The notes under the pieces are model-generated. The model was not told the origin of the DNA. It was given only the letters and a program-made list of their open reading frames with translations, and searched no databases. The position numbers and the translations under genes were made by a program. From Macrostomum lignano (Eukaryota), in contig NIVC01000615.1 of NCBI GenBank assembly GCA_002269645.1, forward strand, positions 124,001 through 188,000: a stretch of 64,000 nt of DNA. The letters run 5' to 3'. This document shows positions 21,720 through 33,300 of this stretch, in pieces (position 1 is the stretch's first letter; each line of letters begins with the position of its first letter).

Positions 21720-21935
21720 TCTTACCCTCCATTCTCTCCCTCTCAGCCTTCATTCTCTCTCTCACCCTCCATTCTCTCCCTCTCACCCTTCATTCTCTCC
21801 CTATTACCCTCCATTCTCTCCCTCTCAGCCTTCATTCTCTCTCTCACCCTCCATTCTCTCCCTCTCACCCTTCATTCTCTCCCTCTCACCCTCCATTCTT
21901 TCCCTCTCACCCTTCATTCTCTCCCTCTCACTCTA
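21720..21935. repeat. 21-bp pyrimidine minisatellite (CTCACCCTCCATTCTCTCCCT)
   Basis: Direct inspection. Confidence 0.85.
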
Positions 21936-22211
21936 ACCCACGCTCTCTCACGCTGCAATCAACCTGAATAACTTTATGGTTTCGTCAGTAAACTAAGCTT
22001 TAAAGTACAGCTTATATGAAAGTCCAACTAGCAGCATGCTCTGATTTTCGTCTGGTCTTAAAAGACTACGTTAAAAGCCTTTTTAATGAGTTTTCCTACT
22101 CTGAAGTGGTGATTAAGTATGCCTAAGTTGAGTCTGCGGAGTTGACTGCTCAGCAGGAAATTACAGAACGTTCTTCCATTAAGTAGGCCAACGACAAAGT
22201 TTTGTGCATTT

Positions 22212-22212
<1 letters not shown>

Positions 22213-22299
<87 letters not shown>

Positions 22300-22378
22300 G
22301 ATATAGATAGATAGGTAGATAGATAGATAGATATAATTAGATAGATAGATAGATAGATAGATAGACGGATATATAGAT
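22213..22378. repeat. (AGAT)n microsatellite
   Basis: Direct inspection. Confidence 0.95.
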
Positions 22379-22953
22379 CTATCAATCACATCCAGATGGT
22401 TAAGCTAATTGTATGCACACTAAAGCTACTAAAAGTACGAAAGTGCAGCACAGCAAAACTTCACATATAGGCATTGAAGAGCATCACGGCTTGCAACTAC
22501 AAGTGGGAACAGGCTGTGTCTGCTGCAGCTGTGGGCAGGCAAGCAGGCAGGCACTATTTCGGTTCATTCAGTAAAACAAATACTCTGCATGCGAGCGAAT
22601 TCGGCCCGCCATTCCCGAGAGAGAGGGCGAGAGCGAGAGAGGTGCGTAACGCATTTTAGCCCGGTAAGGACGATCGAGCGATGAAGAAGGAAGCAGCGCT
22701 CGGTTGTTTGGCCCAAGTGAAGGCGACGGGACCGAATATTACATTAGGGACTTGGGGAAGGAGGCAACTGGGAATGGAATGCCAGGGAAGGAGCCTCATG
22801 TGACCTGCAGTCTCTTCGACCTTTCGTCCAGCCAATCGGCATCGAGGCCGGGGTTTCCGCCTCGCTTCCCACTCCCAGTATCTGGCCTTGATAAAGTCCA
22901 CCAGCAACCAGCTGTTGACTGGCTACTAGCTGCGTTCTACTCTGCGGTCAGTG

Positions 22954-23331
22954 ATGTCGGAGACTCCATCGACACCGCCTCAGGAAGCTGGCCAGAATGC
23001 TGGCGGCGATAGCGCCATCATGTTGTCGTCCGAAACTCAGGGAGACGAGTCTTCGACTTACCTACGAGCTGAAGGTGAAATAACTGGGCCAGCTGGAACT
23101 GCCGGCTCGGAGTCTGAGCTGCAGCAGCAGCAGTCAGTTGATGAAGCAACCGCCAGCTCAGAGGGCAAGCCGGGGACGGAGAAGCAGCGGACAGGCAGGA
23201 TTCCTCCGATTCGAATCCCGAAGGCGCCAAAGGTTGCTGGACGTCGGGTGACGCTGGAGAGGAACAAAGACTACAAAGAGCAGATGGACATTGTGACCAG
23301 AGATCCAAACTCGTTGAACATCCACTGCAAG
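22954..23331 (+). CDS. cav: Caveolin alternative N-terminal exon B (126 aa)
   Basis: ATG 22954 (MSETPSTPPQE...) to ...QMDIVTRDPNSLNIHCK, donor AAG|GTTGGG at 23332, phase 0. Confidence 0.75.
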
Positions 23332-23439
23332 GTTGGGAATTAAATATTAAATATCGTCTTGGTTACCTCTGAGTTTAGTGTCAGTTATTTGGTGTTAGGA
23401 GGCGTCAGTTTTAAGTAACAGAAAGTGTCAGCTCCGTAA

Positions 23440-23925
23440 TGTCAGGAGATGTCAGTTTGGGTGTCAGGAGATGTGAGTTTGGGTGTCAAGAGATTTCAGT
23501 TTGAGTGTCAGGAGATGCCAGTTTGAGTGTCTGGAGATGTCAGCTTGGGTGTCAGGAGATGTCCGACAGAGTGTCAGGAGATGTCAGCTTGAGTGTCAGG
23601 AGATGTCAGCTTGAGTGTCAGGAGATGTCAGGTTGGGTGTCAGGAGATGTCAGGTTGGGTGTCAGGAGATGTCAGGTTGGGTTTCAGGAGATGTCAGTTT
23701 GGGTGTCAGGAGATGTCAGGTTGGGTGTCAGGAGATGTCAGACTGAGTGTCAGGAGATGTCAGTTTGAGTGTCAGGAGATGCCAGTTTGAGTGTCTGGAG
23801 ATGTCAGCTTGGGTGTCAGGAGATGTCCGACAGAGTTTCAGGAGATGTCAGCTTGAGTGTCAGGAGATGTCAGTTTGGGTGTCAGGAGATGCCAGTTTGG
23901 GCGTCAGGAGATGTCAGCTTGATTA
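23440..23925. repeat. 22-bp minisatellite (GTCAGGAGATGTCAGTTTGGGT)
   Basis: Direct inspection; begins ~110 bp after the exon B donor. Confidence 0.92.
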
Positions 23926-25986
23926 AGTATCAGATAGTATCAGTTTCTTTGTTGTCAGGTAAAAGCGTCAGTGACGAAAAAATAAAAATTTCGTCACTAA
24001 CTTGGTAAGTTTGCAGATACTCAGAGCCAAGATTATCTGTAATATTGAGCTTGAATGATGTTGTATTGTTTAATAAAAATGTGCACCAGAATTCCCAGCT
24101 CATTAATTATTCATTAGTTTGCTCAGCCCGTCCGTGGTCAGCTGACAAGATAGGAAAATATTGCAGTTGCTTCTCCGAGAATCTATTTTTAGGTTAGATA
24201 AAAATGTACTTCTCTTAGTTCTTACTTTTAGGCGAAAGTTTTGCTAATAAATAACAATCAAAGGCAATTTGTGACTCCATATAGGACAAGTTGCAATCCA
24301 ATTATTTGCCACCAATTTGCCTTAGCAACCGCGGGCAGCAATCAGAAGAGGCGGAAGTTGAAATCCAATTTTCTTCTAGACTGCATGAGCCTCTCCCTCT
24401 CGTTCCTATCTGAAGCCTTTCTGCTTGAGAGCTATGTCACTTAGGTTTGTTAGCTAGTTAGTGGTGGCAAAGAAGATATGCTTCACTTTCTTTCTCTGCT
24501 TCCTGAAAAAAGAAAGAAAAAGTAAATGGATTGTCTTCTTTTGGGGAACAGGTTTTTTAATAAATTTTGGCTTAAACCCGTTGCCTGACTGCACGAAAAT
24601 CATTGCTGACTGACTACTTGGAGTAGACAAAAACGTTTATTACACTGCTAAATTCGTTGAAGTCTCCGCTCTGCTGTTGTCTAAGAATTCCCTAGAGCAG
24701 CCACAGTTAAACTGCCTCTATCCGGTTCTTGGCTCTTTTGTCACTTCACAATGGCAATTGAGCCCGCTCAAGGTTTTTGTATGGTGTCTTGATCTCAGCT
24801 TTCTTCTCTCCTCTCTCCTCCCCTGCCCTCTCTCCTCTCATCTTTTCTCTGGCCTGCAGTCACGAGCTGGATTCTCATATATATTAGCATAGATAGATAG
24901 CAGCAATTAGTGTGCTTGCACTTCTTGTACTTTGCTTGCATCGCAGTAAGAATTTCAATTAAAAAAATTGCTCCAACTGCTGCGACTGCAGCTTGTATAC
25001 AACTAAATTCCTTTTCGTATATGGGCATCTAAATTTGCTCGAACGAAAGATAATAATAATATTGCCCCAGGTTCGGAAGGGTTTAGGTTTTGTAGTGACA
25101 CTTCTGCCAGCCTCTCCATCACCATTGTTACTCGAAAACTATATACCTTAATTTAATAATGGCGAGTGGGCTTGGAATTTGTATATATATGCTCACTGCA
25201 GCCACTCTATAGCTCCTCTCCTCTGTCTGTGTTCTGGCACTCAGCAGTCTGCCATCCATTTGCAGAGAGCTTTAAGATAGAAAAAAGGAAGGAAGGCAAC
25301 GCTGAGCGTGCGCGGCTGTTCATTCGCTCATTGAGCTCGTTGTGTGCGCTGAGACAAGGAGGCCCACAGTCTGCAACCTGGATTTGTAGTTTGATAGCCG
25401 AATTGCAGCGTCATGTTTTATTAAATTGATCATAACTTCGGTTTGATTGAACCAATTTTTGTAAACTTAGCCTCATTTTAAAGCTTAATAAATTATTCGT
25501 GTTTGAGTAAAAGTTCACTGTTTAATAACCAATAGACTACGAGCTATTACTGGCAGAAGTTGTTATCAAAATACCAAAGTCGATACACTGTCGAACTAGA
25601 CGTTGAAAACCTACTCAATTTTTGAACCTTGATCAATTTTAGTTTTAAACAACTGAGACTCGATTTTTAGTATCTAATTAGAGATTTAGTATATTTAGAT
25701 TAAAAAACTTATCTATACAGCTGTCGGGCAGTGAGGTGAAGAGTTGTCAGTCCAGATTCTGGCACTAGGACTCCTTGTCTCAGGTCTTGAACTCGACTAT
25801 ACGCATCTTTTAAACGCACACAGCTAATCTCTCTTCTCGTCCAACAGCTCCCATTGAGAAGCCATAAAATAAGTTTTAGCTAACACAAACCCTCAACAGT
25901 TTAAAAAGACCTAGAGGTCAAACAGTGGTTGGCTCATTAGGTAGTCTTGTTGTCAACAAAACAAAACAGAAGCCGCAGCTCACGAA

Positions 25987-26157
25987 ATGCAAGAAGACGA
26001 GTTTGAGGATGTCACAGACAGCCCTCCGGCAGGAGCTAGAGAGCCTGAGGTTTCCCAATCGCAAGTTGAAGTGAAACCTAAGAAGGCAGCAAATCAGGAA
26101 GCTGTAGTGATAGACCTGGTCAATAGGGACCCTGATTTAATCAATCAGCACTTGAAG
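25987..26157 (+). CDS. cav: Caveolin alternative N-terminal exon C (57 aa)
   Basis: MQEDEF...VIDLVNRDPDLINQHLK, donor AAG|GTGACA at 26158; 92-bp phase-0 intron to 26249. Confidence 0.88.
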
Positions 26158-26249
26158 GTGACATTTTAATTCCTTCTTTCACAACTTGACTGTTTGATTT
26201 TGCAAATTGTTTCTTTCAATTTTGTTGAAAAAAATTTTACTCCACCCAG

Positions 26250-26327
26250 GTGCAATTCGAAGACATCATTGCTGAACCGGATCCCACTGTCTTCAGCTTT
26301 GACAATGTGTGGACCTGCAGCTTCAAG
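26250..26327 (+). CDS. cav: Caveolin shared exon (signature motif)
   Basis: Acceptor CCACCCAG; VQFEDIIAEPDPTVFSFDNVWTCSFK contains the caveolin signature FEDxIAEP; donor GTGAGT at 26328. Confidence 0.93.
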
Positions 26328-26404
26328 GTGAGTTCTTTAATTCTTTAATTTTTTTATCAATAAAACGGATGTTAGCAAGGTTAGCACCCTTCAACAAAAA
26401 AATT

Positions 26405-26860
26405 CTCAAAATTCTAAATTCCCCTTGATAAGTTTCCACAGATTCTAAATTTCCATAAGTGAATTTCTGCAGATTCTAAATTCCCCTCGAGATGAATTTC
26501 TGCAGATTCTAAATTTCCACAGATTCTGAATTTCCCTAGATGAATTTCTGCAGATTCTAAATTCCCCTAGATGAATTTCCACAGATTCTAAATTCCCCTA
26601 GATGAATTTTGCGGATTCTAAATTTCCACACATTCTAAATTCCCCTAGATGAATTTCTGCAGATTCTAAATTCCTCTAGATGAATTTCTGCAGATTCTAA
26701 ATTCCCCTGGATGAATTTCTGCCGATTCTAAATTCCCCTAGTTGAATTTCTGCAGATTCTAAATTCCCCTGGATGAATTTCTGTAGAGTCTAAATTCCCC
26801 TAGATAAATTTCCACAGATTCTAAATTCCCCTGGATGAATTTCCGCAGACTAAAAATTCC
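26405..26860. repeat. ~31-bp minisatellite (GATTCTAAATTCCCCTAGATGAATTTCTGCA) filling caveolin intron 26328-26880
   Basis: Direct inspection. Confidence 0.9.
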
Positions 26861-26880
26861 AATCCAACAATGAACCGCAG

Positions 26881-27144
26881 GTGTTCACCTCTACAAAGCT
26901 GTGGTGCTACAGAATCATCTCGCTGATCTGCGCCATCCCAGCCGCCATCTGCTGGGGCATCGAGTTCGCTATGCTGTCATTCTGCACCATCTGGTGCTGG
27001 CAGCCGAGCCTGAAGGCCTTTGACATCTCGCTGTGGTACACCCGCCGAATCTACGAGATCCTGCTTAAGGTGTTTGTCGAGCCGTGCTTCCACGCCTTTG
27101 GCAAATGTCTCAGCCACATTGTGGTCACGGTTCGACGGGAGTAA
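26881..27144 (+). CDS. cav: Caveolin shared terminal exon (scaffolding/intramembrane domain)
   Basis: Acceptor CCGCAG at 26880. VFTSTKLWCYRIISLICAIPAAICWGIEFAMLSFCTIWCWQP...FGKCLSHIVVTVRRE* matches the caveolin pattern TKYWxYR..P.A..WGI.FA..SF..IW...P. AATAAA at 27301. Confidence 0.93.
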   Translation: MFTSTKLWCYRIISLICAIPAAICWGIEFAMLSFCTIWCWQPSLKAFDISLWYTRRIYEILLKVFVEPCFHAFGKCLSHIVVTVRRE

Positions 27145-28633
27145 TGCTGATTACGAATATGGTTAGTTTGTTTAACTGATTTTTAAATTGTGGCTAAATT
27201 CAATTTTGTGGGTTTTTTAAACTAGACCATTTTTATTCATGTATTTATAAGTCCATAAAATATTGCTTTATGATTAGTGTCTAAATTTACAAATTAAGCG
27301 AATAAAATAATTACGCAGATTGTACTGCCGTTCTCATACTTAATGCCTGAGCTTTTAAATGCCATCATTTTGTTCAATTTGATTGTACTCCGTCATTTTG
27401 CTTAGGAAATATGATCATGATATAATAACTTCAATTCAAAGTTAATTTCTAAGAAAATTGACAAAAATTAGACTGAAGGAATAATTAAAACAAATATTAT
27501 CGTGGATTATATTTCTACTCTCGGGTTGTGTTTGTATAAGACGCTTTTTTCAATTCAGGTCCGCTTTGCTTTACTATGTATGATATTTGAAGCCTTACTT
27601 ACAGTAACTTACAGAATTTTTGTAATTACAGTATTGTCTTAGCTGCTTATAATCCTTCCTTAATACGGCTTCTTATTATTGTGTATTTAACATGATTTTC
27701 GACAACTCAATTGCAGCGTTAAACCAAGATTTTAAGTAGCTACTAATAGAAATCATTTTTTGTTTTTTTACAAAAACTTTCAATGCGAAAGCTACAAAAG
27801 GTAAATATTTTAAATCTGGTTTAAATTGGAAGGTTTTGTGTAAATTCATGTATAAGGGCTCTCAATTGTATTTTATTTAACATTTACGAAAATTCAGGAA
27901 CTCAAAAGCTTATAGAAATGTGTATTTTCAATTAGTTTAAACAGCGTTAAACTAATATAATTACATCTTGCCGTTCTGCATAGAAAAATTTGCGCGTAAA
28001 TTACAGGATTACAATTGCCGCATGCATGACAAGTTACTTTGCTTTATTTTTGTACTTTTCATTTTTTAAATTTCTCCCTAAAATTTCTAAATTACCATAA
28101 CCATCGATTTTTTTCATTTTTAAGTTGTTTCGAAATGGTTAATCCCAAATAATACATAAAGTGAGCACTTCGATCCTCCCGAGTTTAATGTGCATATTTT
28201 ACTTATTTAATCGTCGGACTCTGTAACAGCTTAATTCGATTAAAACTTACACATTATAACTTTTCTCTGTATACCGTATGCCTCTTTTAGTCGTTGTTTT
28301 TGCTGTTTAAGCCAACAAAGTGCTTCGAAAAGCGAAATTTGTTTTAAAAACTTGAAATCTAAACGCACTCGTTTTATACATGTATTCTATTTATGTAATC
28401 ATACTCTACATCAATCGTAGTACGAAATATATGTATTATTACAAAAAAACGTCAAACTTGACAGTCATAACTATACCCACAAGTTTATTGTCATCCAATT
28501 TTAGTTTAAATTAAACCGAAAATGCTTCATTTCCTTTGTTCTAGTAACATATGGATCAATCGATAAGACTTCGACGACGTCGGATTGCTTTACGGGCTCC
28601 AGTAGAAAAATAAACGATTGTACATGTACTATA

Positions 28634-29072
28634 CAAGGACCACTAGAAGAAGAAGGAAGGGACACTTCGTTTCTTGGAAAAATTATTAGAGGCTGATTTT
28701 CATGGAAAAATGCACTAGCGAGATAGGAACTTTTCATTGCATTGATCGATTAAACAGATATTGTAAAATTCAACTTAGGCGTCACTAGTTAGCTTTATAC
28801 TATAATTGCTGCATGATATAGCTAGTAACTAAAATAATATGAAGATCAATTATTCATGAAAAAATCTTTATAAAATCCGTTGAAGCAACATGTTTTGTAA
28901 ATATCAAAAGAAGAGCTTTGTATCTGCTTCCAATAAAAAGCTATCACAATTTTAAAGTGAAAAAAAGTGAAAAGTTCCTATATCTCGCTAGTGCATTTTT
29001 CCGTGAAAATCAGCCTTTAATAAATTTTCCAAGAAACGAAGTGTCCCGTCCTTCTTCTTCTAGTGGTCCTTG
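28634..29072. mobile_element. Non-autonomous DNA transposon (MITE), hAT-like, 439 bp
   Basis: ~103-bp imperfect TIRs (28634-28736 and 28968-29072, ends CAAGG.../...CCTTG) flanked by an exact 8-bp TSD GTACTATA (28626-28633 and 29073-29080). Confidence 0.88.
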
Positions 29073-30375
29073 GTACTATATAATGACATCAATTTGCGTG
29101 TTTTTAAAGACCGTGAAAACAGCGCAACCGCAAAGCCTAAAAATTTTTATTCATTGCAGCTAGAAAAAAGCTAAAAACCTGCTGGCTGTCTCGTTTCTGT
29201 TGGTTGTTTTCTGCGGGGTTAGAAATTATATATCAACACCAGAGTTAAGGCACTCTGGTCAAGATAAGGCACTATATACCTTCTTATTTCTCCAATTTAT
29301 TTCGCACGTGAAATTTCGAGTGTGTTAATTTTTAAGTATGCTGACACTTACGTTTTTTAATTATTGAAGATTGCGGCGCAGTGAAATTGTGGGATTGCAC
29401 AAAAGCTAGACGAAAGACAACACAAAAAGCAATCCAGTTAGTTAAAAACGTATTTTTACAATGTAAAACAAAGTACTTTTCTTATTTAATCAAGGAAGTA
29501 AGCAAAAAGTTTTATATTGCGTATATGAATAAAAAAAACTTTTAATAATGATCAAAATTGTTTTCTAATTGTTTTTAGAGTAATGTAAAGCGTCATCCAC
29601 TGTATAGTTTAACTAAGGTAATTGTGAAGATTTTCTACAGATGTTCCGTCATGTTCGTTGCATCGTCCGTCCGTCTCCTGACTGACCTGTCTAAAAACTG
29701 ATTTGTGTAAAACTCACTGTAGGCATTTGCAGAAATTCCTTTTGAAGTAATAGTCTGAAACAATTAGATTAATATTTGTTATTGGTTATAGTATATAGAC
29801 TAGCTAGACTTTGTTTTCTGCTCTTTGTAAAAGCTTTAAATACTTGTGAGTTGAGAAGTGTGTAGTACAAAGAATTTTCTACTCTGCCAGAAAATATATT
29901 TTTTGATTAATTTATTATTTATTTATTTTATTAATTAAGTTTAAAATTTAATCCTTGATATCTTGTAGTTTGTTATGTATTTCGACAGTGTCAAATAATG
30001 TAGACTTTTTGGTCTTACAAAGCTAAAACTCAGTTTACTACAATTACTTAATTATAATGGACTTAATGGACAGAGAAAATTTAAATTGGGAGTAGAAAAC
30101 TATCTAATTGATTTTATAAGATGTTCTAAAATAGAATCATCTTTCACTTCAGATATATATTTCTTTTTCCCTGTTATTAAGAGCAGTTTTACAATGAGAA
30201 AAGGTTATTAATACTTTTATAAATGTTACTCTCTAGACAACCTTCTTTGGTATAATTATTAGACTAACATAAAATGATCTTCATTTTTCGAATCATTGCA
30301 TGATGCATTGCTTGCAAACTGCAACTATGCAAACCTGTCGGCTTTAAAAACGGTTCTTATTAGTTTATATCGACA

Positions 30376-33300
30376 ATGCATAACTGGCCGTTTTCTTCTC
30401 GTGAAAGTGAACAGTACACTGAATCCTATCCTGTTCAACTGTTGTAAGTAACCCTGAAAAGTTCTCAAATTTTATGTACAATATTATGTACAGCTTGATT
30501 AGGTATTTCCTTTATTAAATACAATATTAATTACCTCAGCGTGAACCATCGTGGCTTCGAGCGAGCCTCAGAAACTATCTGGTTTGGCACTTCCCCAAGC
30601 GACGTTCCAAATCTGGCACTGGGAAACTCCGACCCAACCATCTTCTCATCGTACACTGGACCAGACAATGGCTTGGTCACCGGATGCGTTGCCGACACTG
30701 AGAATGGCGGAGGCGGCGGTAATTCCAGCCGGAAAACGGGATTTAATAGAGGTATGCTGCGGAAGTTGAATGGAATTAAGAGACCCCCATACAGAACACA
30801 ATGACCCCCCATACAGAACACAATGACCCCCCATACAGAACACAATGACCCCCATACAGAACACAATGACCCCCCATACAGAACACAATGACCCCCCATG
30901 CAGAACACAATGACCCCCCATACAGAACACAATGACCCCCATACAGAACACAATGACCCCCCATGCAGAACACAATGACCCCCCATACAGAACACAATGA
31001 CCCCCCATACAGAACACAATGACCCCCCATACAGAACACAATGACCCCCCATACAGAACACAATGGCCCCCCATACAGAACACAATGACCCCCATACAGA
31101 ACACAATGACCCCCCATACAGAACACAATGACCCCCCATACAGAACACAATGACCCCCATACAGAACACAATGACCCCCCATACAGAACACAATGACCCC
31201 CATACAGAACACAATGACCCCCATACAGAACACAATGACCCCCCATGCAGAACACAATGACCCCCCATACAGAACACAATGACCCCCCATACAGAACACA
31301 ATGACCCCCCATGCAGAACACAATGACCCCCCATACAGAACACAATGACCCCCCATACAGAACACAATGACCCCCATACAGAACACAATGACCCCCCATA
31401 CAGAACACAATGACCCCCCATACAGAACACAATGACCCCCATGCAGAACACAATGACCCCCCATACAGAACACAATGACCCCCATACAGAACACAATGAC
31501 CCCCCATACAGAACACAATGGCCCCCCATACAGAACACAATGACCCCCATACAGAACACAATGACCCACCATGCAGAACACAATGACCCCCCATACAGAA
31601 CACAATGACCCCCCATACAGAACACAATGGCCCCCCATACAGAACACAATGACCCCCATACAGAACACAATGACCCCCCCCATACAGAACACAATGACCC
31701 CCATACAGAACACAATGACCCCCATGCAGAACACAATGACCCCCCATGCAGAACACAATGACCCCCCATACAGAACACAATGACCCCCCATACAGAACAC
31801 AATGACCCCCCATACAGAACACAATGACCCCCATACAGAACACAATGACCCCCCATACAGAACACAATGACCCCCATGCAGAACACAATGACCCCCCCAT
31901 ACAGAACACAATGACCCCCATACAGAACACAATGACCCCCCATACAGAACACAATGACCCCCCATACAGAACACAATGACCCCCATACAGAACACAATGA
32001 CCCCCCATGCAGAACACAATGACCCCCCATACAGAACACAATGACCCCCATACAGAACACAATGGCCCCCCATACAGAACACAATGACCCCCATACAGAA
32101 CACAATGACCCCCCCATACAGAACACAATGACCCCCATACAGAACACAATGACCCCCATGCAGAACACAATGACCCCCCATACAGAACACAATGACCCCC
32201 CATACAGAACACAATGACCCCCATACAGAACACAATGACCCCCATACAGAACACACTGACCCCCATACAGAACACAATGACCCCCATACAGAACACAATG
32301 ACCCCCATACAGAACACAATGACCCCCCATACAGAACACAATGACCCCCCATACAGAACACACTGACCCCCCATACAGAACACACTGTCCCCTTTCTAGA
32401 ACACACTGACCCCCTTTCTAGAACACACTGACCCCCTTTCTATAACACACTGACCCCCTTTCTAGAACACACTGACCCCCTTTCTAGAACACACTGACCC
32501 CCTGTCTAGAACATACTTATCCAGTAAAGCCCACCCGAAAGTCATATAAAATTGAAAGTAAAGTTCCACTAGATTTATTCTATGAGTGTGTTCTAGAAAG
32601 TGTTCTTTGAGTGTGTTGTTTGAGTGTGACTAGAACACACTTTGAGAACACACTTTGAGTCCCCCTTTCTAGAACACACTGACCCCCTTTCTAGAACACA
32701 CTGACCCCCTTTCTAGAACACACTGACCCCTTTCTAGAACACACTGACCCCCTTTCTAGAACATACTTATCCAGTAAAGCCCACCCGAAAGTAATATAAA
32801 ATTGAAAGTAAAGTTCCACTAGATTTATTCTATAAAATTTCACGCAACTTGCAGCCAAATGATTTATGACTGTGCTGACCTAGTTGAGCAGTATATATAA
32901 ATGTATGTGCAGACTTGCGTGAAGAATTAAGAAAGTTGAAAGTTATACATTTCGTCATAACTTGGGAATTTCCAATATTACACACACACATACACACACA
33001 GGCCGTACACGTGATCTTCTCTCCTCTCCCTATTCCTTTCCTTGACTTGGTCTGACCAACCTCAATGCTCAATAGCTTCTACTATTCCTTGAGAAATCGA
33101 TCGGTCTGTGTCTTAATCTCTTTCCCACAACTGCACAGCCATTGCCATTTCAATTGGACAAAGTCAGCAATGTTTGAGCACCGCGAGAAAGACAAAAAAT
33201 TGAAATACAAATTGGCGAAGATTTTACGTAGTTTCTACGTGCATGTAAAAAGTAATATTTTCTGTTTTTCTCACTTTCAGCTTAACAATTAATTAATATT

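Noticed and set aside
22704-23012. 102-aa ORF overlapping the start of caveolin exon B
   Set aside because: Non-ATG start, different frame, no recognisable motif; could at most be 5' UTR/uORF sequence.
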